Below are positions 1-8,883 of a DNA stretch of 64,000 nucleotides, in pieces. The notes below the pieces were generated by a model that was not told the origin of the DNA, ran no database searches, and saw only the letters and a program-made list of their open reading frames with translations. The stretch covers positions 1 to 64,000 of IMG/VR virus record IMGVR_UViG_3300035698_016128. One strand, given 5' to 3'. Position numbers and translations under genes: made by a program. The DNA comes from a virus. Position 1 is the stretch's first letter; each line of letters opens with the position of its first letter.

Positions 1-7
1 CTTTGGC

Positions 8-1453
8 ATGAGTTGGCTGACTGCAAGGAACTGCATCATCTGCGGTGATTCCACCGAGGACACATTCACCTACAGTACAGATAATAAGCGCAAAGAAATC
101 ATTGCAGAAGTAGCTGACATCCTGTACCTTCGCACGGCCCGAGCGTTCGCCGTTACTGAGCGCCGTGAACAGGATAAAGCCCTAGCCGTTGCTGAATCAG
201 TGTGCTTGATTCAATCAGCCGAACTATCCAGGGTTAAGGCAAGGGCCAAGGCCGCAAGGGATAGTGTGAAGGAAAAGAATAAAGAAATTGCCGAAGAAGT
301 AAGAGAACTTACCGAAGAAATAATTCTTAAAACCACCGAAACCCAAAGCGTAACAGTGATTGAACACAAGATAGCAATGGAACGTAGCTTTATTGAGGAT
401 AAGAAAAGAAGTATAGAGGGCATTGCAGAAGAAATAAAATGTTACGCCCCACTTACATTGATTGAACTTTCATTACAAAATGCCAAGGATGACAAAGGCA
501 TTGCAGAATTAGAAAAAAAATCTATTGAAAAAACTATAAGAAAATTAGATAAAGATGGTGCATGCCCAGTATGCAATACCAGTGTGGATGATATGGACCT
601 AGATTCCATCTTTGAACGTAAGAAGTTACTCGTTGAACAAATCAAATTAGCTGATGATGAAGTTAAAACATATACAAGAAAGCAATCTGCGCTAAACGCT
701 CTATTTGAACTCAAGGGTGATCTTAGAGATGATCTTAATAAACTAGAGAGAACGAAAGAAGCATTAAAACTTGAACTAGAGAGGGCAGGAAATATAAATA
801 AGAGTATTAAAATACTAAGACTCAAACGTAGTGGCCTCATGCTAGTTGTATCCACCTTAACCGATGATTCACTGGAAGCAGAAACAGAACTTGCCATAGC
901 AAGAGATAAACATAGCCATTCACTATTTGCAAAGCGCTCAGCAAACACCAAACTAGAAGGCGCAAAGTATTGGACAGAGCGCTACAGCCAGCGTGGGCTT
1001 GAGGCCGATTTCATTCAAGACCTTGTCACAGAACTTTCAAACTACACCAGTGAGTATATAAGCTGGTTGACGGACGGTAGTATTGGCGTTACTATAACCC
1101 CATATAAAGCCGTTGGTTCTAAAACGAAAAGTGAAATTGTCATTGATGTAACCGATGGCGGCAAAACAAAAGACTTCAGGCTATACAGTGGTGGACAGAA
1201 GAATAGGATCGAACGCGCCATCAACCTTGGTCTCATGAAGTTGGTCAGTGACCAAGTTGGCTTTAGGATGTTTGATGAAATTGGCAAGAGCCTCCCGGTC
1301 AAGGGGTACGAAAGAGTTGTGCAGTTGATGAAGGATATCTTCCTAGGCCAACAGATATTTCTAATCGCAAATGAACCAGAGATGCTAAAGCACTTTGACC
1401 ATACAATGATTGTTACACTCAAGGGCGGGAAATCGAAAGTGAGGGTCACGTAA
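8..1453 (+). CDS. Rad50/SbcC-like (T4 gp46-type) recombination ATPase, C-terminal part; probably begins left of the window
   Basis: Long coiled coil with a CPVC zinc hook, LYSGGQ ABC signature and RMFDE Walker B. No Walker A in the window, and the frame is open back to base 2. Confidence 0.88.
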   Translation: MSWLTARNCIICGDSTEDTFTYSTDNKRKEIIAEVADILYLRTARAFAVTERREQDKALAVAESVCLIQSAELSRVKARAKAARDSVKEKNKEIAEEVRELTEEIILKTTETQSVTVIEHKIAMERSFIEDKKRSIEGIAEEIKCYAPLTLIELSLQNAKDDKGIAELEKKSIEKTIRKLDKDGACPVCNTSVDDMDLDSIFERKKLLVEQIKLADDEVKTYTRKQSALNALFELKGDLRDDLNKLERTKEALKLELERAGNINKSIKILRLKRSGLMLVVSTLTDDSLEAETELAIARDKHSHSLFAKRSANTKLEGAKYWTERYSQRGLEADFIQDLVTELSNYTSEYISWLTDGSIGVTITPYKAVGSKTKSEIVIDVTDGGKTKDFRLYSGGQKNRIERAINLGLMKLVSDQVGFRMFDEIGKSLPVKGYERVVQLMKDIFLGQQIFLIANEPEMLKHFDHTMIVTLKGGKSKVRVT

Positions 1454-2391
1454 TGCCGAAAAAAAAGACATTGAAGAAAGCAGAACGAGTGGAAAGGTTA
1501 TTCGACTCCTTGAAAATCTACGACAAATATCGGCTAAAAGGCGGGTGCGTTGTTGGCATAGATCCAGGACGTGTAAGCCCCGGTATATCAATCATCGACG
1601 GCGAAGAACATGCGTCGTTTGGTTACAGAACCAGAACATCCGGCTTCAGTAAGGTCATGGAAGTTGAGATGTTTGTCAAGCGAACCCTGCGTGGGCGTAG
1701 AATCATGTGGGCCATGATGGAGGATTACGCATATCAATCAGAATGGAACCGGGAAGCAATGGGGGAGATGGGGGGTATCATTCTCAGATACTTCTGGCGT
1801 AGGCGCATACCTGTACTGATGGTTGCCCCTGTGCAGATAAAGAACTTCGTTGGAGCCAAGGCCAAAGAACATATCATGAAGGAGGTTTACAAGCAGTGGG
1901 GAATTGACACTGATAACTCCGATGCCGCCGATGCAGTTGTTTTAGCAAAAATTGGCAGGGCGGTATATAATATGGTGAAGTGGTATTCAATGGTAAGGGC
2001 AGACGGAATTGAATTAAGCGACAAAATGCAAAACGAGTTTGAAACAAATCCCGGCAAACACATTGGCATTGAAAGTAGACAGTCACAGTCAATCATCGTG
2101 AACCGTATTCTAATTTCTCGTGGGGGAAGTGCAAATGTCTTCGCGCAAGGCCGTAAGGAAGTCGAAGAAAAACTTGGAGCAAAAGCCAAAGAAGGAAGAA
2201 AAGGCACCTCCAATAAGAAAGGCACAGGAGGCAAATCACCAAGCAAGAAGAGGCTAGGAAGTACCGCCTTGCAATTGAGCAATCAGTGGTTGCCCTCACG
2301 AAGCTTCAAGCCCACACAAACATGCTGTTGGAGGCCGCTAAGACCGGCAAGAAGCCTGTTCATTTCCTTCGGGTATGGTATGGGGCCATGA
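1453..2391 (+). CDS. ruvC: RuvC-like Holliday junction resolvase (phage type) with a long basic tail that overlaps the next gene
   Basis: VVGIDPG, MMEDYAY and DNSDAADA acidic motifs fit the RNase H-like RuvC fold. The 3' end is uncertain (see the indel finding). Confidence 0.8.
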   Translation: MPKKKTLKKAERVERLFDSLKIYDKYRLKGGCVVGIDPGRVSPGISIIDGEEHASFGYRTRTSGFSKVMEVEMFVKRTLRGRRIMWAMMEDYAYQSEWNREAMGEMGGIILRYFWRRRIPVLMVAPVQIKNFVGAKAKEHIMKEVYKQWGIDTDNSDAADAVVLAKIGRAVYNMVKWYSMVRADGIELSDKMQNEFETNPGKHIGIESRQSQSIIVNRILISRGGSANVFAQGRKEVEEKLGAKAKEGRKGTSNKKGTGGKSPSKKRLGSTALQLSNQWLPSRSFKPTQTCCWRPLRPARSLFISFGYGMGP

Positions 2392-2831
2392 ACGGGCCAC
2401 CTTCCCTCATATACTGTAAGGAACGCAATAGCTGGCGTGACGTTGTGGTATGCCACTACAACTGTCCGGTATCAAGTGGGGCATGCCACAAGTTTCAATC
2501 AAGGCGATTCATCTGCAAACTGCTTGCCTGTGACGAAGAGAAACGAAGCAAGTGTGAGGACAAGGGCAATCACTGCTACGCCTTCAACGTTGTTGCCCCA
2601 TTCGTTGACGAATATATCAGGGCGTATGCTCCCGTGCGGAAAATGCAACTTGAGATTGAGGCCGATGGGAAGAAGATAAAAGTCAAGGAGAGTGGTAAGA
2701 AAGAATACCACATGAACGAAACTCTGTTGAAGGATTTGAAGGCAAGCAGGGAGGGTCCCAAATTCAGACGGAGAACTGCAATAAGAAAGGCAGAACGTAA
2801 GCCTACCAGAAAATCCATACGGAAGGCTTAA
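2286..2831 (+). CDS. Cys-rich hypothetical protein with a basic C-terminal tail; the true start may be ATG 2135 via a frameshift
   Basis: Open frame with multiple Cys/His. The GTG start lacks a clear SD, and the frame looks protein-like back to 2217. Confidence 0.6.
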   Translation: MVALTKLQAHTNMLLEAAKTGKKPVHFLRVWYGAMNGPPSLIYCKERNSWRDVVVCHYNCPVSSGACHKFQSRRFICKLLACDEEKRSKCEDKGNHCYAFNVVAPFVDEYIRAYAPVRKMQLEIEADGKKIKVKESGKKEYHMNETLLKDLKASREGPKFRRRTAIRKAERKPTRKSIRKA

Positions 2832-2833
2832 TC

Positions 2834-3259
2834 ATGCCACTCCATACTCCTGTGGAAATCCTCATGGTACGCTGTATCCGAGAGGAGGTTAAAGCCTACC
2901 TTTCGGAAAGCAATACCAAGGAATCAAGAAGGCGAAAGCGCAGGGCCAAGCTATGGCTATTCGACGATGAATACAGCGACCCCAACAACATATATTCAAT
3001 TCAAAATATTTGTAGCCATCTCAAAAGGAACGTAGAACGATTACGTTCGAGGATTCTTATAGCTGAACACTTCGAACTCACGCTTACTCAGTTTATTCAA
3101 TACTCAGAAACAGGCAAGCTGGATAAAATGATGGAGGAGCTTACAAATGGCAATAAATATGGACAAGCTAAGAAAAAAAGCCAAACAGTCAAAAGACCGA
3201 TTCGAATCCCGTACAAAAGGAATGCCAACGCACGAAAAAATAAAAAACAAAAAAAGTGA
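2834..3259 (+). CDS. Hypothetical phage protein (WLF...SIxxICxxL motif)
   Basis: Starts 2 nt after the previous stop. The motif resembles a small conserved bacterial/phage family, recalled from memory only. Confidence 0.65.
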   Translation: MPLHTPVEILMVRCIREEVKAYLSESNTKESRRRKRRAKLWLFDDEYSDPNNIYSIQNICSHLKRNVERLRSRILIAEHFELTLTQFIQYSETGKLDKMMEELTNGNKYGQAKKKSQTVKRPIRIPYKRNANARKNKKQKK

Positions 3260-3464
3260 GCTCCGGGACATCATCATCGGGTTCGGCGCATGGAAGGGCT
3301 GGCGGGTATCAGAAATGCTTGACGACCCCGAAGGCTTCAACTACGTTGCCAACTTCATCCTGGGTGAAAAACAGAACTTCCCCGATGAATTTAAAAATGA
3401 TATAATCATTGTATGTGGGCATTCTGGTTTCGAAATTACAGGGGACGAGGAAGCTGAGTACTAA
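3147..3464 (+). CDS. Hypothetical protein with an FGxWKG motif (DUF3820-like)
   Basis: GGAGGAG SD upstream; IIIGFGAWKGWRVSEM resembles the FGKYKG motif. Confidence 0.65.
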   Translation: MAINMDKLRKKAKQSKDRFESRTKGMPTHEKIKNKKSELRDIIIGFGAWKGWRVSEMLDDPEGFNYVANFILGEKQNFPDEFKNDIIIVCGHSGFEITGDEEAEY

Positions 3465-3482
3465 CAGTAGTAGGGAGACGAA

Positions 3483-3938
3483 ATGAATTACAAGCTAATC
3501 ATTGCGCTCATTACTTTCACCATTCTATTCTCAGTAAATATCTTTGCCGCCGACGATACAGAGATCACTATGGGGTGGTTAATACCGACTCACAAAGTTG
3601 CCAACGAAAATTGTGAGGAACTAGGGGTGGCTGTCACCTTTGAAGAAGCAATGACCTTCAGGTATGAAATCAAATGGAGGCTTAAGGGTGCCGAAGTCTG
3701 GACCCCCATGCCTTATGTCACAGGGGTGTTTGAGCGAAATATAGTGGTGCCGTGGGCTTCGACAATCGAAGTTGTTATCGGTGCGGCTACTCAGAGTGGC
3801 GCTATAGTTTGCTACACTGCCCCCGTTGAAATCATTGTACCGACCGACCCGCCTCCCGCCGCATGTCCAGGCATTACAACCGCATACATGAAAAATACGC
3901 CATTGTCAGAATGGCTCATAAATAATACGGATAAATAA
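3483..3938 (+). CDS. Putative secreted beta-rich protein
   Basis: AGGGAG SD; the N-terminus MNYKLIIALITFTILFSVNIFA looks like a Sec signal peptide. Confidence 0.7.
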   Translation: MNYKLIIALITFTILFSVNIFAADDTEITMGWLIPTHKVANENCEELGVAVTFEEAMTFRYEIKWRLKGAEVWTPMPYVTGVFERNIVVPWASTIEVVIGAATQSGAIVCYTAPVEIIVPTDPPPAACPGITTAYMKNTPLSEWLINNTDK

Positions 3939-4309
3939 TGACAAGCAAAATACTTAAGAAGAAGGTTCCTGGTCTCAAACATGCGAAGAAAGTACCAATA
4001 AAGAGAAGAACAGGTCGGCCAATCAAATCGTTCATGGGGGTTACCCCAAAATCAACAATCATAAGATTACAATACAACAGCGTCACCAATCAGTTGCTAC
4101 TCGAAGATGAAGATGGTGAGCCTATCAACCTGCCAATCACAAAATTAAGATTCGAAGTAAGCGCCACCGAGATAGGCATCCTACACTTAGAAGTTTCACC
4201 AGTTGATTTAAATATCATAACTCCAGAGAAAAGTGTCTTCGTTGGAGAAAAAGGTAAGGTAACCTCGATGAACTTAATGGAGTTCATCAAGAAAGGAGGC
4301 CGCAAATGA
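3938..4309 (+). CDS. Hypothetical protein with a Lys-rich N-terminal arm
   Basis: Start overlaps the previous stop (TAATG); open frame. Confidence 0.65.
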   Translation: MTSKILKKKVPGLKHAKKVPIKRRTGRPIKSFMGVTPKSTIIRLQYNSVTNQLLLEDEDGEPINLPITKLRFEVSATEIGILHLEVSPVDLNIITPEKSVFVGEKGKVTSMNLMEFIKKGGRK

Positions 4310-4692
4310 ACGGCGAAGTTGCTCACGGTATTCGCAGACGAGCCTACGCAGAAACAGAAGGTAACTACCCACGTGCAAGAGAGTATACCCGCGACGAGAA
4401 AGGCACCATATGGCTCGTTGGCGATTGCATGCGTGGGCTGTACTTGATGATGAAGAAGGAGTACACGCAACCACTTGACGAACATATACCGAGAGTGGCA
4501 ATGCCCACGGTCAAGGCCATACGTGAGGCCAAGCGCCTTGAGCATAAGCATCTCGGTGAACCCACGACCCCCTATTCGAAGCCCAAGAAGAAGGCTCCGC
4601 ATAAAAGGAGGAACCTCAGTGGCACTATTGAACAAGCAAAAAAATCTCGACGAAGAGGAATGCTTGGCAACCCTTTCAGACGGAAATCTTAG
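4306..4692 (+). CDS. Hypothetical basic protein
   Basis: GGAGG SD and an ATGA overlap with the previous gene. Confidence 0.65.
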   Translation: MNGEVAHGIRRRAYAETEGNYPRAREYTRDEKGTIWLVGDCMRGLYLMMKKEYTQPLDEHIPRVAMPTVKAIREAKRLEHKHLGEPTTPYSKPKKKAPHKRRNLSGTIEQAKKSRRRGMLGNPFRRKS

Positions 4693-4891
4693 CCTGAGCG
4701 CAAGAAAACTGCATCAGCAATTCAGACAGGCAAATGCTGGAGAGCTCCACAGATTCAGGGAGTGCCAAAGACAAGAACCGTGCAGAAGTTGCGATGTGCG
4801 AATGCGCGATTGGGATGAGTTGGATGAAGATCGGCAGATGGAGTTTCTCGATCAGGCCAGAACCGAAATGTATGGAAGTAAACACATGTAA
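4664..4891 (+). CDS. Small hypothetical protein (probable TTG start within the 4475-4891 ORF)
   Basis: GAGGA SD just upstream of TTG 4664; fills the gap before the terminator. Confidence 0.45.
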   Translation: MATLSDGNLSLSARKLHQQFRQANAGELHRFRECQRQEPCRSCDVRMRDWDELDEDRQMEFLDQARTEMYGSKHM

Positions 4892-4896
4892 TTAAA

Positions 4897-4934
4897 CGCC
4901 CCTGTAATGCCCTAGCAGGTTCTAGGGCGGGGCG
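4897..4934. other. GC-rich hairpin just after the last plus-strand gene
   Basis: GCCCTAG-caggtt-CTAGGGC inner stem and CGCCCC/GGGGCG outer stem. Confidence 0.6.
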
Positions 4935-4952
4935 GTACACCCCTGAACGTAG

Positions 4953-4996
4953 AAAACCCCCTGAAGGTACCAAAACGGGCCTTCTAGGGGGTTTTT
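4953..4996. terminator. Bidirectional rho-independent terminator between convergent transcription units
   Basis: AAAACCCCCTGAAGG ... CCTTCTAGGGGGTTTTTT inverted repeat with an A-tract and a T-tract on either side. Confidence 0.85.
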
Positions 4997-5017
4997 TATT
5001 TCCTATTCCTGAGTGAT

Positions 5018-5263
5018 TCAGGCTGGTTCGGGTTCTTCCTTCGGAAAGTAGCTGGCACCATCAGGCACCAAGGCTCTCAGGGCCATGATATCCTCAATGG
5101 TGGGGTCACTTTCCATCTGCCACGTCTGAATAATCTGAATGGTGGCAGGTACGCCGTACTTGGCGATCAATTCGATAATGAATGTGATAAGAGCGAGAGT
5201 AGGGTCCATCGGTGTTTCTCCCTTCATATTGCTGTCAAATTTTTTTAGTTCGTCGAGTATCAT
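5018..5263 (-). CDS. Small hydrophobic protein, possibly a spanin or lysis accessory (alternative start 5209)
   Basis: ATGA overlap with the lipoprotein gene; hydrophobic segment PTLALITFIIELIA. Confidence 0.55.
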   Translation of the reverse strand: MILDELKKFDSNMKGETPMDPTLALITFIIELIAKYGVPATIQIIQTWQMESDPTIEDIMALRALVPDGASYFPKEEPEPA

Positions 5264-5634
5264 TGATTACGCCTTGCGAGAAACTTGTCGACGAGCACGG
5301 CAATATCGCCAGCCAACACGGTAATCTCAATCATGGCGTACTCAAGCATCTCTTTGTCTTGAACATCACCGCTACGCTTATAAGCTGACAGGGCATCGAC
5401 TGCCACAATGTACGAAGAGCGATACAGCACATGAATCGCCTTGATCTCTTCCACATCATCGCTATTGATGTACCCTTCTGCGTACAGGTCGGCGCTGACC
5501 TTCATTGCGCTGTCAACCATGATAGCTGATGTTTTGATGGAACTGTACGTGTTCTTTGTGAACGTGGAACAGCCAGCCAGAAGCACGAACGCTACCAGCA
5601 CAGCAACCAATACAAACAGTTTGTTTTTCCTCAC
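5260..5634 (-). CDS. Lipoprotein, possibly spanin-like
   Basis: MRKNK n-region, hydrophobic h-region and LAGC lipobox, followed by a helical body. Confidence 0.8.
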   Translation of the reverse strand: MRKNKLFVLVAVLVAFVLLAGCSTFTKNTYSSIKTSAIMVDSAMKVSADLYAEGYINSDDVEEIKAIHVLYRSSYIVAVDALSAYKRSGDVQDKEMLEYAMIEITVLAGDIAVLVDKFLARRNQ

Positions 5635-5870
5635 GGGGATACCTCCTCTGTTTTGGGTTCAACGGTAAGCTCGGTAGTACCGGCTACCAAAATGGTTTCG
5701 AGATCTTTCTTCTTCACCATACCCACTCGCATGAACCACACGACGAGTAGTGCCAGTAGCGAGTTGACACCGACAATAACACCCTCGGGTATCACCACGC
5801 CGAAGCCTTGGATGATTTGGAAGACGGCAAGCAGGATCATCGAAACAATAGTTTTCTTTCCTTCAAACAT
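5631..5870 (-). CDS. Two-TM small membrane protein, holin-like
   Basis: GAGGAG SD before MFEGKKT; two hydrophobic segments and a charged C-terminus. Confidence 0.6.
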   Translation of the reverse strand: MFEGKKTIVSMILLAVFQIIQGFGVVIPEGVIVGVNSLLALLVVWFMRVGMVKKKDLETILVAGTTELTVEPKTEEVSP

Positions 5871-5881
5871 GGCGTTTCTCC

Positions 5882-6943
5882 TCAGATGAAGTTTACATGC
5901 TCTGGCGGGAAACTCATAGCCCAAAGCATTTGGTTGTAGGTCTCGAACTTACACGGCTTGCATTCTGCCAGCCTGATACGGTTCATTGCCTTCACATGCG
6001 AATTGCTTTCCCATGCCTGTTTGAAGGACTGCTTGGCAAGGTCGCCGAACCACTGCCCTTCCTTAACAATGTTCTGACAACAAATGGACAACCTGCTGTT
6101 TGCCAGAATGTTCGCTGTGAGAAGATGCCCAAGGCACACAGGGTACGGGCGCTTATACTCCGAAGCACCCTCCTCAAAGTAGTGACCGAGGTAGTGAATC
6201 TTAAACGCATCATCCTCATACATCGAAGTGGCAAGGGCCACAGCTTCGGTTACCCTGCCACGCTCGAAATCATCTTTGCCGTATTTTGACTTCGGAATAA
6301 AGATGGGTTTGACCTGCATGTAATCAACCCCGATATCTTTGAATGTCTTCGCGGCGGCAGATAACTCACTAAGGTTATCCTTATCAATGAGGTACGAGAC
6401 ACCAATCTTACAGCCAGCGCCATCCTTGATTTTCGCCTTGGCCTTGACCAGAAATGCAAGGTAGTGCAGGACAACGACAATATCGAGCTTGGTTCCGTGC
6501 ATGCGCTTGTAGGTAGTATCGGAAATCGCATCAATGCTGACTCGAACGAATGAGCAGTTGCCCACAATGTCAAAGGCATCATCCATAGTGCGGAACAGGG
6601 TGCCGTTGGTGATCAGGCCGACGTCCATGCCAAGGCGCTTGTAGTCCTCGAATGTGTTCAGGAGGTGCGGGTTGGTCAATGGCTCACCGCCCCCAGTAAA
6701 CAAAACAGCCTTCACACCATATTCCGATAACTCTTCCGGCAACCGCCGTAAAAGATCCTTCGGCAACATAGCCTCATTCTTCTGGCGAAACGACCGGCTG
6801 TTACAATGTGGACAATTCAGGTTGCAAAGCGAACTTGGCTCAACGCTTGCAGTCACAGGTGGAGGCATCGTGCCACTTGCAATAGAAACCATTTGTGGCG
6901 TGTGGGAAAGCACCTTATACGGATTAAAAGGCCCAAGTGACAT
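5882..6943 (-). CDS. Radical SAM protein with a SPASM/twitch domain
   Basis: CNLNCPHC cluster motif, FTGGGEP, VRVSIDA, and C-terminal C...CC...CxxC. Confidence 0.92.
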   Translation of the reverse strand: MSLGPFNPYKVLSHTPQMVSIASGTMPPPVTASVEPSSLCNLNCPHCNSRSFRQKNEAMLPKDLLRRLPEELSEYGVKAVLFTGGGEPLTNPHLLNTFEDYKRLGMDVGLITNGTLFRTMDDAFDIVGNCSFVRVSIDAISDTTYKRMHGTKLDIVVVLHYLAFLVKAKAKIKDGAGCKIGVSYLIDKDNLSELSAAAKTFKDIGVDYMQVKPIFIPKSKYGKDDFERGRVTEAVALATSMYEDDAFKIHYLGHYFEEGASEYKRPYPVCLGHLLTANILANSRLSICCQNIVKEGQWFGDLAKQSFKQAWESNSHVKAMNRIRLAECKPCKFETYNQMLWAMSFPPEHVNFI

Positions 6944-6982
6944 ACGTTTCTCCCATGCTGTTTGTGATTGATAGATAGTTAT

Positions 6983-7012
6983 ATACTACCACAACCCGCT
7001 TTAATTCATCAA
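6983..7012 (-). promoter_or_regulatory. Candidate sigma70 promoter for the last radical SAM gene and the lysis-like genes
   Basis: TTGATG-18 nt-TAGTAT with an extended -10 TGTG, in an AT-rich intergenic gap. Confidence 0.5.
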
Positions 7013-7030
7013 GCAAATGAAAATTTAATA

Positions 7031-7231
7031 TTATTTTTCAGGACTTTTAAAGAAGAAGCAACTAGAATAATAAACTCTTACTGATGTACATGACGCTCTA
7101 TACTGGAGTAATTCATCTACCTTATCATGAACTATAATGGAAGCTGATACAGAATCATCTATACAAGCGCCCTTATTGGTATCGCACTTCGAAAATATAG
7201 ATTCAAATTGATTCATTATCATTCGCCCCAC
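7031..7231 (-). CDS. Possible small hypothetical protein or gene remnant
   Basis: Fills the gap on the coding strand; no recognisable motif. Confidence 0.25.
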   Translation of the reverse strand: MGRMIMNQFESIFSKCDTNKGACIDDSVSASIIVHDKVDELLQYRASCTSVRVYYSSCFFFKSPEK

Positions 7232-7782
7232 TCATACCCAAGATATTCAATCACTTCAGGAATATATATCGCCCTGACACGCTCTATCAGTTCAATATCA
7301 TCTCCGTAATATACTCTATAGTCTTTATCCCTGGAATAGACAGTGTTTATATGCGGAAGGGGAGTGGTTGGAATCGAAACTATAGAGCAAATTTTATCAT
7401 AATCTTCCTGTATTGTTTCCATCTTGCCAAGGTAGTTGACCGCCAACTTACCTTCATGCATAAAAAATATACTGTAATCATCCACTCCAGGCTTCCTGTA
7501 CTTGAAGGCATAATCCCTTAATGATAAATCCTGTGGAATTTGCTTTAGCCTCTTAACTGCAAACCAAATGGAAACAAAATGATCCCATGGGTTTCTCACA
7601 AACACAAACTTGAAATAATTATTCCAACATTCAATTCCTAAATATTCCATAGCGACATGAACTGGCATGTGGTCCCAATTGCTCAAACTACAGCCAGAAG
7701 ATTTAAGAGCCACAGCAATGCTCCGCGATGCACACTTGGAATTCCTCAAGAACATAATTTTCTTTTCATGACTGAAGACCAT
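7219..7782 (-). CDS. Sulfotransferase (Sulfotransfer_2-like)
   Basis: FLRNSKCASRSI (5'-PSB-like) and FVFVRNPWDHFVS (3'-PB-like) motifs. Confidence 0.85.
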   Translation of the reverse strand: MVFSHEKKIMFLRNSKCASRSIAVALKSSGCSLSNWDHMPVHVAMEYLGIECWNNYFKFVFVRNPWDHFVSIWFAVKRLKQIPQDLSLRDYAFKYRKPGVDDYSIFFMHEGKLAVNYLGKMETIQEDYDKICSIVSIPTTPLPHINTVYSRDKDYRVYYGDDIELIERVRAIYIPEVIEYLGYEWGE

Positions 7783-7783
7783 A

Positions 7784-8875
7784 TTAGCTCCCGTTAATTA
7801 TTGTAATGATTGATCTGGGGATTCCGTCGCCAGCCTGATTAACAGAAGGGGATATTGTATAGTTATAATCTGACAACATATCCTTAAGCTTGGACATTGT
7901 CGGGTAATACTTCTTATCGCCTGTGACGATTTTTTCATTCGTGCCGCTAGGGTGAATGCCAATCTCTATCTTAAGAGCGCCACCCGGTTTTAAAATACTC
8001 ACGAACCTTTTTATCTGCGCCTCTTGGTTGTTTAAATAATGAAATAGGCCCAACATTAAAATATGAGAAAAGAGACCTAGCCCATTTATATCATCATTTA
8101 TGTCCATTGTATAAAATCTTGCACTCTTGCAGAAGTAAATTGAGGTCTGTATTGCATTGGCAATATCAACGATTCTTCCAACATTCTCTATACCAATAGC
8201 CTCAGCGCCCCTTCTATCACATTCAACCGCAAAGAGACCAGTGTTACAGCCAATGTCTAACACATTGCACCCTGTCATGTCTTCTGGCAAGGCTAAGGCC
8301 GCAAGCTTCCTGTTACTTCTGGAAGAAGATTGTCTAGGCAGAAACTCATACTCCTGATACCATACATACGCAGGGACTACTCTCTTTATCGCCTCCTTCT
8401 TAATGATATCCTTGATGGCATCACACAGCCCGTCTAAGCCAATATCTCCAACCTCCGCGACGCTTTCGTTCAGAGTTATCCTAGTCATAAACCCAGGCAA
8501 TTTCTCAACGAAGCACACATTGGAATGCTTGGATAAAATATTTTGGTATTCAGGCTTTGTCCACAGATAGCCTTCCGTTATCACAGAGGAGTATAGATTG
8601 ACAGCAGTTTGAATTTCAGAATCAACAGCCTTATGCATTATCATTTTATCAGCATGAGGTAGCTCGTTAAGTATCGCCCCCAAATGCGAGTTATAGTTCT
8701 CACCATATCTCTCTCCAAGCACAATTAATCCCTTTCGGATAGCCTGCACTTGAACCCAATCAGTTTCGATGAGAATGGAATTCGGAAGAACACCGTTTAG
8801 ATGCTTAGACAATGTAGTCTTGCCAGCATTAGAAGCGCCCTTGACTACGATTAAATTATAAATATTCTTCTGCAT
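7784..8875 (-). CDS. Fusion of a P-loop kinase-like domain and a class I SAM-dependent methyltransferase
   Basis: N-terminal GASNAGKTT Walker A; C-terminal VLDIGCNTG motif I and LKPGG. Confidence 0.85.
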   Translation of the reverse strand: MQKNIYNLIVVKGASNAGKTTLSKHLNGVLPNSILIETDWVQVQAIRKGLIVLGERYGENYNSHLGAILNELPHADKMIMHKAVDSEIQTAVNLYSSVITEGYLWTKPEYQNILSKHSNVCFVEKLPGFMTRITLNESVAEVGDIGLDGLCDAIKDIIKKEAIKRVVPAYVWYQEYEFLPRQSSSRSNRKLAALALPEDMTGCNVLDIGCNTGLFAVECDRRGAEAIGIENVGRIVDIANAIQTSIYFCKSARFYTMDINDDINGLGLFSHILMLGLFHYLNNQEAQIKRFVSILKPGGALKIEIGIHPSGTNEKIVTGDKKYYPTMSKLKDMLSDYNYTISPSVNQAGDGIPRSIITIINGS

Positions 8876-8883
8876 TGTTTCCC

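Noticed and set aside
4891-5018. tRNA or other structured RNA gene in the convergent gap
   Set aside because: Only two simple hairpins; no cloverleaf or T-loop consensus.
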